Under the pieces are notes generated by a model. The model was given only the letters and a program-made list of their open reading frames with translations. It did no database searches and was not told the origin of the DNA. A stretch of 63,826 nt of DNA, filler included, from Octopus bimaculoides (lineage: Eukaryota), in the NCBI RefSeq assembly GCF_001194135.2. It is 5 parts of 5 records of this genome, joined end to end, with 100 filler letters (N's around TTAATTAATTAA, not from the genome) between each part and the next. Parts side by side here need not be neighbours in the genome. Positions count along the whole stretch, not along the records: positions 1 to 27,394 come from NC_068989.1; 4 more parts are not named here. One strand, given 5' to 3'. Within the stretch, counting starts at the first letter, position 1. The number at the start of each line of letters is the position of its first letter. Positions 13,385-25,730 of the stretch are shown here, one piece after another. The translations under genes and the position numbers were made by a program.

Positions 13385-13970
13385 CATATACATATACAGG
13401 TGCAGGAATGGCTGTGTGGTAAGTAGCTTGCTTACCAACCACATGGTTCCGGGTTCAGTCCCACTGCGTGGCACTTTAGGCAAGTGTCTTCTACTATAGT
13501 CTCGGGCCGACCAAAGCCATGTGAGTGGATTTGGTAGACGGAAACTGAAAGAAGCCCGTCGTATATACGTATATGTATATATGTATGTTTGTGGGTCTGT
13601 GTTTATCCCCCCAACATCGCTTGACAACCGATGCTGGGGTGTTTATGTCCTCGTAACTTAGCGGTTCGGCAAAACAGTCCGGTAGAATAAGTACTAGGCT
13701 TACAAAGAATAAGTCCTGGGGTCGATTTGCTCGACTAAAGGCGGTGCTCCAGCATGGCTGCAGTCAAATGACTGAAACAAGTAAAAGAGTATATACATAT
13801 ATATATATGACGAGCTTCTTTTAGTTTCCGTTCACCAAATCCACTCACAAGGCTTTGGTCAGCCTGACGTTATAGTAGAAAACACTTGGCCAATGTACTA
13901 TGCAGTGGAACTGAACCCGGAACCATGTAGTTGGTAAGCAAGGTACTTCCACACAGCCATTCCTGCGCCT
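13109..13970 (-). mobile_element. Family-B SINE (head 13805-13970, tail 13109-13315) interrupted by a second copy
   Basis: Head and tail are both minus-oriented and separated by (TA)n plus the plus-strand copy at 13397-13791. Confidence 0.8.
13397..13791 (+). mobile_element. Family-B SINE, full length (tRNA-like head, body, internal (TA)n, tail)
   Basis: gcaggaatggctgtgtggtaag...ggttcagtccc...gaagcccgtcgtata-(TA)-...cttagcggttcggcaaaa...gactgaaacaagtaaaagagta. Confidence 0.92.
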
Positions 13971-14191
13971 ATAGTTTATGTGTGTATCTATATGTGTGTG
14001 ACCTAGTAATTTGGTTGCATTCAAGATCGCAAGATCGAGGTTTCGATTCTCGGACCGGGAAGTGCGTTGTTTTCTTGAACAAAACATTTAATTTCACCCG
14101 GTGTGTGTGTGTGTTTGTGTATATATAAGGCAATATGTTTCACTTATTTCCATGAGTTTAGCCATGTATTTGTAAGTATATTCACACATAC

Positions 14192-14465
14192 GAAGGCGCG
14201 TAGCTTAGAGGTTAAGGTATTGCACTCAAGATCGCTAGATCATGGGTTCGAATTTCAGACCGGGCGGCAAGTTTTGTTCTCCAGCAAAACACTTTTATTT
14301 CACGTTGCTCCCATCCCATTCAGCTGTAAACGTGTAAACCTGTGACAGAATAAATAGCCTTCCGATCAAGGGATAGCTGGCCTGCTCGCCTAAGCAGCGG
14401 GGTAGCGTCATTCGAAAACTAAATGCGCAGTGCATTGTGACCAGCGATGAATAACAATATCCGAT
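14192..14465 (+). mobile_element. tRNA-derived SINE, family-D-like head and body
   Basis: gaaggcgcgtagcttagaggttaagg...gggttcgaatttcagaccgggcg; A/B-box-like. A second partial head lies at ~14000-14100. Confidence 0.75.
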
Positions 14466-14511
14466 ACTTTAGCCAATACCGTGATACATATATGCAAACA
14501 TAAGCATGCAT

Positions 14512-14544
<33 letters not shown>

Positions 14545-14701
14545 TAATGCATACGTGCATGCATATATCCTTATACGCACATATATATGGATATGCGTGT
14601 GTGTACCTTTATGTGTGGATATATATGTATGTATCTATAAACGTTCTTAAGTAAGTATACGTTTTCGTACGTAAGAATAGTTATGAATTTCACAGATATA
14701 T

Positions 14702-14750
<49 letters not shown>

Positions 14751-15858
14751 NNNNNNNNNNNNNNNNNNNNNNNNNNNNNNNNNNNNNNNNNNNNNNNNNN
14801 NNNNNNNNNNNNNNNNNNNNNNNNNNNNNNNNNNNNNNNNNNNNNNNNNNNNNNNNNNNNNNNNNNNNNNNNNNNNNNNNNNNNNNNNNNNNNNNNNNNN
14901 NNNNNNNNNNNNNNNNNNNNNNNNNNNNNNNNNNNNNNNNNNNNNNNNNNNNNNNNNNNNNNNNNNNNNNNNNNNNNNNNNNNNNNNNNNNNNNNNNNNN
15001 NNNNNNNNNNNNNNNNNNNNNNNNNNNNNNNNNNNNNNNNNNNNNNNNNNNNNNNNNNNNNNNNNNNNNNNNNNNNNNNNNNNNNNNNNNNNNNNNNNNN
15101 NNNNNNNNNNNNNNNNNNNNNNNNNNNNNNNNNNNNNNNNNNNNNNNNNNNNNNNNNNNNNNNNNNNNNNNNNNNNNNNNNNNNNNNNNNNNNNNNNNNN
15201 NNNNNNNNNNNNNNNNNNNNNNNNNNNNNNNNNNNNNNNNNNNNNNNNNNNNNNNNNNNNNNNNNNNNNNNNNNNNNNNNNNNNNNNNNNNNNNNNNNNN
15301 NNNNNNNNNNNNNNNNNNNNNNNNNNNNNNNNNNNNNNNNNNNNNNNNNNNNNNNNNNNNNNNNNNNNNNNNNNNNNNNNNNNNNNNNNNNNNNNNNNNN
15401 NNNNNNNNNNNNNNNNNNNNNNNNNNNNNNNNNNNNNNNNNNNNNNNNNNNNNNNNNNNNNNNNNNNNNNNNNNNNNNNNNNNNNNNNNNNNNNNNNNNN
15501 NNNNNNNNNNNNNNNNNNNNNNNNNNNNNNNNNNNNNNNNNNNNNNNNNNNNNNNNNNNNNNNNNNNNNNNNNNNNNTGTGTTCAAATATATAATATGTG
15601 GAGAGTGCATACGCTTAAAAAAAAAACAAAAACAAAACATAATATTCTCCTGCTGAATCGAAACTGCGATAGAAGCTAATACTAGTGATAATTTTAGTGT
15701 TGAATCAAATGAGGTCGTACGACCTTTACAAAGAGATCGTAATGAGTTTTTTGGGTATTTCACTTGACAAGCAACGATCTTCGGCCCGCAATGCAAAACT
15801 ATATGCGTAAGGCGATGTTGGAGCAATGGGTTCTCTTTTATGGCTTACGCTCGCGTAG

Positions 15859-17165
15859 GCATTAGAAAGTATTAGAAGAAAACATACACATGTAGTAACT
15901 ATGTGTTACACACACATGTATTAATGTTACAGAAAAGAGCAAAAGATCAGTTCCTTACGACCGTTTCTGCCAAGAGGCAATAAGATCCTCCATGTCATCT
16001 CCATCTCCTCAGTGTTCTGCAGGGATGGGCAGATAAAGTTTGGATGATGAGTGTACCTCTAGGCTTCTTCAGAGGGTCTAAGTGGTTAGGAGGGTTAATA
16101 CATATGATAAGCAGTTAACAATATGTGCAGCGTATTTGTCATTATTGAAAAGGGCAGAAAAGGAATAGGAGCAAAGATGAGGCTGTGAGAAAAGTGCAAC
16201 TTATTAAAATGAATTAGGTACAGGAAGGGGAAATAAGCTATAAACTTTCCATGATGTATTCCAAAATATTTACTTGATTTATTTTTGTCTTATCTGTTAA
16301 CCATCAACGAACCGGAACCGCTTCATGGTTTTCAAAAAAAAGCTAACCAATTAGGTTGTAGGACTGACCATGACCCTCACCCCACTACATATAGGGATTC
16401 AGAGACTTGTTGATCGGCAAAATAATAATGAACACTAACAACGCACTTTAGTCACTACCTGGTTCCTTATTCTCATTATTACACTTATATACCAAATTTT
16501 CCCATGATGGTTTAACCATCATAGGCTGCTTATACCATACCATCCGCAACTTTGTACCTAGTAACTGGCACTTTACGTATGAACTTTCACCTCCGTAACA
16601 CGGACCATACCTTCAAATCCACCACTGTATTGCTATGTAAATATAATGTGAATTTCTGTGTAAACATAATGCGAGCTACTGCCTAAATTCACCCTTCCTA
16701 AAAACCCCTCCCAAGAACGACTATACTCTCCTATCCACCATTGGACGAAGTAACATGGATCCTGGAATACATCATGGAAAGTTTATAGCTTATTTCCCCT
16801 TCCTGTACCTAATTCATTTTAATAAGTTGCACTTTTCTCACAGCCTCATATTTGCTCCTATTCTTTTTCTGCCCTTTTTAATAATGGCATACACTGTACC
16901 TATTGTTAACTGCTTATCATATGTATTAGCCCTCCTAACTACTTAGACACTCTGAAGAAGCCTAGAGGTACACTCATCATCCAAACTTTATCTGCCCATC
17001 CCTACAGAACACTGAAGAGATGGAGATGGCATGGAGGATTTCGTTGCCACTTGGCAGGAACGGCCGTAAGGAACTGATATTTTGCTCTTTTCTGTAATAT
17101 TAATACATGTGTGTGTAACACATAGTTACTACATGTGTATGTTTTCTTCTAATACTTTCTAATGC
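15859..17165. mobile_element. 1.3-kb element with ~400-bp inverted arms (probable PLE with inverted pseudo-LTR)
   Basis: 15859-16262 is the reverse complement of 16764-17165 (about 90% by eye). The spacer contains a weak GIY-YIG-like stretch PLHIGIQRLVDR...EH on the plus strand. The inverted repeat is certain; the PLE identity is inference. Confidence 0.7.
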
Positions 17166-17933
17166 TTTGGAATAAATAGACACACTGGAATATCTACCGG
17201 ATAATGTGTGTCGTATTGTATCCTCTCCATTTCCTTATTTTCCGTATATATATATATATATATNNNNNNNNNNNNNNNNNNNNNNNNNNNNNNNNNNNNN
17301 NNNNNNNNNNNNNNNNNNNNNNNNNNNNNNNNNNNNNNNNNNNNNNNNNNNNNNNNNNNNNNNNNNNNNNNNNNNNNNNNNNNNNNNNNNNNNNNNNNNN
17401 NNNNNNNNNNNNNNNNNNNNNNNNNNNNNNNNNNNNNNNNNNNNNNNNNNNNNNNNNNNNNNNNNNNNNNNNNNNNNNNNNNNNNNNNNNNNNNNNNNNN
17501 NNNNNNNNNNNNNNNNNNNNNNNNNNNNNNNNNNNNNNNNNNNNNNNNNNNNNNNNNNNNNNNNNNNNNNNNNNNNNNNNNNNNNNNNNNNNNNNNNNNN
17601 NNNNNNNNNNNNNNNNNNNNNNNNNNNNNNNNNNNNNNNNNNNNNNNNNNNNNNNNNNNNNNNNNNNNNNNNNNNNNNNNNNNNNNNNNNNNNNNNNNNN
17701 NNNNNNNNNNNNNNNNNNNNNNNNNNNNNNNNNNNNNNNNNNNNNNNNNNNNNNNNNNNNNNNNNNNNNNNNNNNNNNNNNNNNNNNNNNNNNNNNNNNN
17801 NNNNNNNNNNNNNNNNNNNNNNNNNNNNNNNNNNNNGTGTGCGTGTGTGTGTGTGTGTGAGTGTGTGAGTGTGTGTGAGTGTCTTTGTATGTATGTTTAC
17901 GTGTATGTATGTAGGTATGAATGTATGTATGAA

Positions 17934-17965
<32 letters not shown>

Positions 17966-18797
17966 AATTTATATGTGGGCGTGTGTATACGTTAATATTT
18001 CTGTTTTGTTCCACAAGCCATTTTAACTCTATAAATCACTATATTTCTCTCTCTTTCTTTTTCTCTCTCTAACCTCAGCTCACCTCACAACCTCCTATAT
18101 ACATTTTTTACAACCACCTACTCGTCCTCTACCGCTACCACCTACACGCACATAAAACTCTTTATCACTCCAGCTTTCACACTCTTTCGTTTTGATGCTC
18201 CACCTTCTGCTCTTACCACCCAACGTACGGCTTTTAAAATCCCACTTAGAAACCTTTATCGGTGCCACTTATAAACCATCACCGCCCCATATAATCACGG
18301 TTTGTACCAGCTAAACTCGTGATGAAAGCGCAGATGGAACCGATTCCCGTTATAGAATACATCATGTGAACACATTGAAGCCAGTGTCAGCCCTATTTAC
18401 AACACTTATCACCTACATTAATGTTGTATACACTGAAGACACTGAGGACATTTCGAGTCTGCTAAAAGCAACAAATAATTCTTTCTACTGTCTTAATGAG
18501 AGGACTTATTGTGTAAGAGGAATAACTATTATTGTATAACTTATTGTGATTGTACAGTATGATAAAATGATTAAGACGATAGCTTCGCAACAACTAAGTC
18601 CCAAGCTCGATCTTACTGCATGCCATCTTGCGCAAATATCATTTTCTATTGCATAATAAGGGAAGATAGGTAGTTTGGAAATCATATAGAGGTTCGAAGG
18701 GTGGCTGGTACCTGTTATTTAAAAAAAAGAAATAATCACAGCCTTGTTACATGCTGTATCACTATATCATGATAATTCCGCATGAGAAATACATTAA

Positions 18798-19211
18798 GGT
18801 TACACGTGCCGGTAGCGTGATCTGGGATCTTTTCAGTTTGGCTGTCAATTGTCGAAAATTCAAAGTTTACTGAAAATTTTAAAATTTGGCACATTAATGT
18901 AGTTTTCCAAGCTGAATCTCAGGAGATATTTCACTTTTTTCAGAAAAAAAAAAAAAAAAACAACTTATAGAGATTTAAAGTTTGATAATATTCAGCCGGT
19001 CAGAAAATAGGATTTGGTTAAAATTATCAAAAATTTGCAAACTTAAAAGCTAATAACTCTTTATTTATTGAGTTATTGCGAAAATGAATTTCAAAGCAGT
19101 GATTAGCATATAAAACCATCATTACACCAACTATGAAATCACTTCGAACAGGAATTGAAGAGATTGAAAATTGGTAACCAAACTGAAAAGATCCCTGCTC
19201 TGCCATGTATT
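18798..19211. mobile_element. MITE with subterminal inverted repeats and TTAA flanks (Kolobok/piggyBac-like)
   Basis: gggatcttttcagtttgg (18824) versus ccaaactgaaaagatccc (19178); TTAA at 18794 and 19212. Confidence 0.5.
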
Positions 19212-20145
19212 TTAATTTAGAAACAAGTGATTTAATCGATCAAATAACTTCAAACGTGACATAAACGAATTCAACTAATATACAACATTCATTGCATTGT
19301 GAAGGCAGGGTTTCAGATTTCTATAATTATTTGAGACAACCGAATTTGAACTTTTTTCCTTTTCCCCTGAATTAAATATGTATAAATATACTCATATTTC
19401 GGAGATGTACATGTCTGGCAAGTGATTTGACCTGACACCATGTGCTGAAATTGAGACGGTTACAAATTATAGCGTGGAAGACACATTAGCTATTCAAAAT
19501 CACACAAAATTTGACTTTCGACACCAAATGAATTATTAGTCACATTGGGTATTTTGTCACCCCCAAATTTTTTAAGTGCTCGTAATTTCTAGTTGACAAC
19601 TTGTTTCTTATGCTCCCTCCCACTACTTCCCTGACTCAGTGAGGGTGTGTAGCACGCGCTGAGGTGCCGTTGTAGCTCAGTGACTTTTATTTCAACCAGT
19701 TGGGAATCATTGTGACAGGTAAAGACTGTATACGAAGCTATATATAAGAGGCTATATAAAGGGCTACATATAAAGTTCCTGGCTTTGGGTGAAAATAAAA
19801 ACAAAGTACAGGAGAATCAGTTAATTATGATTTTATTCACCATATTCCCCTCTCAGATTCACACACTTTATCCATTTTCAGAAGTCCGAGGTGACTAATG
19901 CAGGGTTAATTGAAGATAACAGTTTTGTGTGGTTTTGAATGGCTAATATGTGTATTCGACGCCGTCATTGTCTTATTTCCTACCGTGGACTTGATTATTG
20001 AAGCCAGCACATGGAACAAGTGCCAGCTTTCAGTGATCTTTAAAGTTAATGCTAGCATCGTATAGGCAATGGTGGTGTAATATCTTACACATTGTATAAA
20101 GGATGTAGCCGTCACGTGTGGTGTTAGAAAGAAAAACAAATCAGA

Positions 20146-20180
<35 letters not shown>

Positions 20181-20183
<3 letters not shown>

Positions 20184-20729
20184 GAGGTCTGATCAAAAAG
20201 TATGGGGACTACTACTATAAAAAAAAATCAACACATGTCAATGTGGTATTTAATATCCTTCGAAGTATTCTGTTCTGAAGGCACACACTTTACCTAGCGT
20301 CGTTTCCATAGATGGAAACATTCCTGGAACTCCCTTTTGAGGATAGCGAGCAGCTGCCTCATCGCACTCTCTGGAATTTCCTCGACACCTTAAAATATTG
20401 TTCTTTCGAAAGGAATTCCCTTCAATCTTGGGTTTCGGGGTCATAGGCATAGACTTACGAGTCGTTAGCTGTTATGATCGTTTTCAAAAAGTTTTCATCT
20501 TCCTTGACACAATCAAAGAGACCCTTCGCAGCTGAAACCCGATCTTCTTTCTGAGACAACCACACTCTACACACTTTACTTCCAAGCACTGCTATAAATA
20601 ACGGACAAGAGCGAGAACGTTATAATGTAGTGTGCATTCGCGACAGAGTTCAAAGTCAATCTGCGTATTATAGCATTACAGCTTTGTTACCATTGTAACA
20701 CTCTCTATATATTTTGATCAGATCTCGTA
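20181..20729 (-). mobile_element. Internally deleted mariner element with TIRs
   Basis: Ends cacgaggtctgatcaaaaagtat / atattttgatcagatctcgta. Minus-strand GVEEIPESAMRQLLAILKREFQECFHLWKRR*VKCV...EYFEG* is a mariner C-terminus. Confidence 0.8.
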
Positions 20730-20732
20730 CAG

Positions 20733-20812
<80 letters not shown>

Positions 20813-21179
20813 ATGTATGTGTGTGTGTAACAAAAAGCAGAAAAACAAATTAATTTAATTATTTTAATGGCATGAATTATTATTGTTATTTATATAATTA
20901 CGTATTTATGCAAGTAATGATATTTTATACTTCTGGAAAAACAAATTATGAAACAAATGTGAAACTAATGCTTTTCTGTTTTTTTTTTAAATTCTAAATA
21001 TAGTACTATGTAGGATATTTTAAACTGTTTCTGCATATACAAGCAAGTTTGTTCCCTTACGATTTAATGCATTGTAAACGTGTTATGAGTTATGCTCTTA
21101 TCGGGGAATATTCTTTAATGCTTATACATCACACTTTTCCTCATTGTCTGTTCCACATTATATCTTTTTTTCTTTTTTT

Positions 21180-21210
21180 CTAATGAAGGACTAACGCCCG
21201 AAACGTTAGG
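21180..21210 (+). ncRNA. Degenerate minimal hammerhead-like motif
   Basis: CUAAUGA-A-GGAC-UAAC-GCCC-GAAACGUU-AGG, with a G5A core mutation and one stem II mismatch. Confidence 0.4.
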
Positions 21211-21964
21211 TACACTTTCTCTTCTTTTTAAGCATTAAACTAATAACGCCTTGGTTGAAATTTACTCTCGTTTTGTCTTCCTTTTGCTAATTACTAAATA
21301 TCTGTGTACATACAAACATACATACACACGCACACACACATGCATTTGTATAATGTGTGTGTGTATACACACACGTATATAATAATCGTTCCATATATAT
21401 ATATTTTCATATACACACACACATTCATATAAGCGCATGTTTACATGAATCTATGCGTACAATCATGCGTAGATATACCCGTACATATAAACATACATAT
21501 ATCCATACATACACGGTGTGTATATAAGATGCAAGTATATTTCTTTATAGACTAGTTAGAGTGAAAAGCGGTCTTGACAATGCCCTTTGTAGATCCTCAA
21601 AGAGTGAAGTGGAGTCGGCCAGTTCCCAGCTTTCAACATCAACTGAAAAAATGTGAGTAGGTTGCATGTAGCAAGATTCAGTGAAACTAAAAGTACTCAA
21701 GGTCCAGGTGGCGATATTGAACCTCTCTTGTAAGCGAAGCTCAGAGAAGGGATATTATAGTTCGGCAAGTTCACTTAAATCGTCGGCAACAATAAAACAA
21801 CATCATGCATATAAGTACATAAATTCGGCAAAGCATAAACTTAGAAGAAATTGCCACGAAAATGTAGTACGGAAGCTGAATTTTAAATACCAGATGGTTT
21901 TGTTGACATTTTTAATATGGTTCTTACTGAACTAAGTGCTTATAATTTATTATATCTGTTGCTG

Positions 21965-22012
21965 TTGTTGTTGTTATTATAACTATTATTATTGTTATTA
22001 TTATTATTATTA

Positions 22013-22080
<68 letters not shown>

Positions 22081-22129
22081 TATTAACATTATTTTTTTAC
22101 ATATTAATAAAGAAAACTACTAAAGCTAA

Positions 22130-22164
<35 letters not shown>

Positions 22165-22165
22165 T
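21965..22165. repeat. (TAT)n and (TAG)n microsatellites
   Basis: Read directly. Confidence 0.95.
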
Positions 22166-22627
22166 AAATTATCACTATTATCGCTTTTGTTGATAGTGTC
22201 TTTGTTGTTGCTTTTGTTAATATTTTCTCGACGTGGCAAGACTTTTTTTCCACATGCTCCTCGTTGTTACTTATTGGTAATTTTCTGTCACAGAAGTGGA
22301 TGCTTATTTTAAGTGACATGTCGTGTACGCTTGTTTACGAGGTAAAGTGAGAATTAATTTTATTATTTTTACTCTGTATAAGCAAAAAAAAATGACCTTT
22401 AGGAAAAAAAAAAAAAAGACGTTCAACATTGCAATGTGGCGACAAAACATAAAAGGATAACTCCTTAAGAAAGAAAAAAAAAAGAAAGAAAATATATTTC
22501 TCCAAACATTAAAAAAAAAATGGCAAAATAATGTGAAATAATGTAGAACTCATATGATATGAAAGACAGAAACATTAAGTTTTCCAAAATATAAAAAAAA
22601 TATTGTTGAGAGTGGCTTATTTGGAAG

Positions 22628-22628
22628 C

Positions 22629-22671
<43 letters not shown>

Positions 22672-22775
22672 ACAACGACAACAACAACAACAACAGCAGC
22701 AGCAGCAGTAGCAGCAGCAGCAGCAACAACAACGGCAACGAGAACAACAAGTGCAACAGCAGCAGCAGCAGAATC
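22628..22775. repeat. (CAA)n/(CAG)n microsatellite
   Basis: Read directly; no supporting exon context. Confidence 0.9.
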
Positions 22776-23291
22776 AAGATAGGTTTTGGTAAAATTTCCT
22801 TACACACAGAGTTTCTCAATATGGCTATGAAAGCATTGCTTTAGAATCTTGTCTTCAATGAGTCATTCCGCCTCCTTGGCCGAAGAAAATGTGGAAGAAC
22901 AAACAAGGCAAAACCTAGAGCAAGTATAGCTGCAGGAATGCTGGAGGTTTTCTCTATGCTCTCCAGAGATCAACTAAAGGATGAATTGGCCGTATGGATA
23001 AGCATCTTTTATGTCCATTGAAGCAATGCTTACAGTGCCCTTTGTTTGTCACACCATCAAGTGCAAAGTCAAGTGGAAACAATGTGAAAAACATATGCCT
23101 ATTGCGTCATATCTTAGCAGATGAGCCAGCATAGCACTATATCTGCTAGATAGAGGTTGACTCTACCCTAGCTTCATCTGTCCTTTTGACAGGTATTGTT
23201 TTTGGTCCTTCAAGGTCTCAAGGAACTATCCTCACCAAGCTCAACTGGTAGGAGTGCAAGTTTAGTCGCCACGACTCATCCATACAACAGG

Positions 23292-23675
23292 TTGTTGTTG
23301 GCACTCCGTCGCTTACGACGTCGAGGGTTCCAGTTGATCCGATCGACGGAACAGCCTGCTCGTGAAATTAACGTACAAGTGGCTGAGCACTCCACAGACA
23401 CGTGTACCCTTATCGTAGTTCTCGGGGATATTCAGCGTGACACAGTGTGACAAGGCTGACCCCTTGAATTACAGGCACAACAGAAACAGGAAGTAAGAGT
23501 GAGAGAAAGTTGTGGTGAAAGAGTACAGCAGGGTTCACCACCATCCCCTGCCGGAGCCTCGTGATGCTTTAGGTGTCTTCGCTCAATAAACACTCACAAC
23601 GCCCGGTCTGGGAATCGAAACCGCGATCCTATGACCACGAGCCCGCTGCCCTAACCACTAGGCCATTGCGCCTCC
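23292..23675 (-). mobile_element. tRNA-derived SINE, family D, full length, (CAA)n tail
   Basis: Minus-strand head ggaggcgcaatggcctagtggttagggcagcggg...ggtttcgattcccagaccgggcg (A and B boxes); the body is shared with 61468-61771. Confidence 0.92.
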
Positions 23676-24506
23676 ACACAACAAGTTGTAAGAGAGAGGC
23701 AACCTTTAACCTTTCTTAAGGCATGTCTCATGTCTCTACATTACATAGATATAAAACCGGGCATGTAAGAAATGACAATGGACATTTTGGGGATCTTTCG
23801 CTTGCACTTGAAATTCATGGTGCTCCCACATTCCTGAGCCTGCTACCCGTATTGACACTAGATACCTTGCCTCGGATTGTCTCTGGATCATGTCAATAGC
23901 AGACAGAGGATCATCGAGGTACCGTAGAACCTTTTTGAGCTTAAAGCTTTGCGTAGGCATAGCTGACATTTTGTATGGGCAATGGTCAGTGATGGTCTTC
24001 CTCGGTCATGCATGGACAGCCTTCATCCTATATGTAGGTTTGTATGAATATATGTGTTGTCTGTGTGAAAATATTGCGTTTGTGTGAGTGGCGTATGCGA
24101 TTTATGTGTTTGTGCGTTCTGAAGAAAGAGAAGAGAGGAAGAAAGAGAAGAGAGGAAGAAAGAGAAGAGAGGAAGAAAGAGAAGAGAGGAAGAAAGAGAG
24201 AGGAAAAGTGAGAGAGAGGAAGAGACAGAAAGAAAAGCTTGTGTTGGTTTTGCGCGCGTTTTGCATCCATCCTTGTGCGTCGTATGTGAGTTGTCAATGT
24301 ATGCGCGGTTTGTTTGTATGCATGTGTTGAGTTGTGAGTGTATGCTTTTGTTGTACGGGTAGTATGTGTTGTGAGTGTGTGTCTGTGCGTGAGCTGTGTG
24401 CCGTATATGTTTGGGTTATGTGTGAGCTTTGTGTGTGTGTGTGTCATTTGAGTGTGATTAATATATCAATATCAGCTGTGTGTGTGTGCATGTATGTTTG
24501 TGTGCA

Positions 24507-24604
<98 letters not shown>

Positions 24605-24972
24605 GAAATTGCATATGTTGATTGTGTGTGAGAGTAATATATGTGTGTGAGAATCATATGTATGTTTAAGAGTTGTGTTCCTTGTGCGTGTGAATGCGTG
24701 TATGAGTGTGTGTGCTATATCTATGAATAATAATAATGTATGTGCTGTATGAGTGCATGTGTGTGTATATGTGCATATGTGTTGTAAGTGTTGCGTGAAC
24801 GTGTTTGTTGTGGGTGTGTATGTCGTATCAGTTACTCTTCCTGAATGTTCCAATCGTCGAAAGTCAGTTTCATGCAACATTATATATCTGGAGACGTCTG
24901 TCGTTTCTTGCAGTGCACATTTAATATATAATGTTTGGGTGTGTTTCAAATATAATTATGACATAAAAATAT

Positions 24973-25253
24973 AAGGTGACGAGCTGGCAGAAACGGACAA
25001 AACGTTTAGCATGCCGGACAAAATAAGGTGGTGAGCTGGCAGAAACGTTAGCATGTTGGGCGAAACAGCGGTATTTCGTCTACCGTTACGTTCTGAGTTC
25101 AAATTCCGCCAAGGTTGACTTTGCCTTTCATCCTTTCGGAGTCGATAAATTAAGTACCAGTTACGCACTGGAGTCGATGTAATCAACTTAATCCCTTTGT
25201 CTATCCTTGCTTGTCCCTTCTACGTTTAGCCCCTTGTGGGCAATAAAGAAATA
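24973..25253 (+). mobile_element. Family-A SINE with duplicated 5' head; partial second copy at 25258-25400
   Basis: aaggtgacgagctggcagaaacg...aaggtggtgagctggcagaaacgttagc...gagttcaaattcc...aataaagaaata. Confidence 0.9.
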
Positions 25254-25579
25254 GGAATTTCGTCCGCCTTTACGTTCTGAGATAAAATTTCGTCCGAATT
25301 AAACTTTGCCTTTGATCCTTTTGGGGTCGATAAAATAACTACTGATTGGGCACTGGGGTCGATGTAATCGAGTAGCCTCTTTACCCGAAATTCCAGGCTT
25401 TGTGTCTGTAGAAATGATTATTATATAAACAACATGAGTTGACTGCTGAATATGCAACTGTGTGGTAGGGTGAGGTAGCGTGAGAAGTGTGACGCCATAC
25501 ACTGTGTTGTGCAGTTCTATAATTAGAAGGTTAACATAATATATGAGAGTAATCTTGTGTGTCGAGTACTGTTATAAGC

Positions 25580-25730
25580 AGAGGTTAAGAAGTTTGATTC
25601 GTGATCATGAGAACCCGGTTTCGATACCTCTGAATAGCATCTTGGGTAAGTCTTTTTTTTTCTGTAGCTTCGAGCCACTCGAGCTCTGTGAGTGAAATTG
25701 GGTAGTCAGATACTATGTAGAAGCTCGTCA
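25580..25730 (+). mobile_element. Degenerate family-B SINE
   Basis: ggttaagaag...ggtttcgatacc...cttgggtaagtc...tgtgagtgaaattgggtag...agaagctcgtc aligns by eye to family B. Confidence 0.6.

Noticed and set aside
18430-18472. ctgaagac...aaagc as another hammerhead
   Set aside because: Stem II does not pair in this copy and GAAA is not intact; too degenerate to support from this sequence alone.
22628-22775. PolyQ-encoding exon
   Set aside because: No coding context or splice signals around the CAA/CAG tract; equivalent tracts occur throughout the window in all orientations.
23590-23675. tRNA genes at SINE heads (also 14192, 28404, 59727, 13402)
   Set aside because: They have A/B boxes but continue into repeat bodies and lack complete cloverleaf and acceptor stems; these are SINEs, not tRNA genes.
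23895-23925. YLDDPLSAID resembling the ABCC Walker B (LLDDPLSAVD)
   Set aside because: The flanking residues lack the ABC signature and the D-loop/H-loop context; likely chance.
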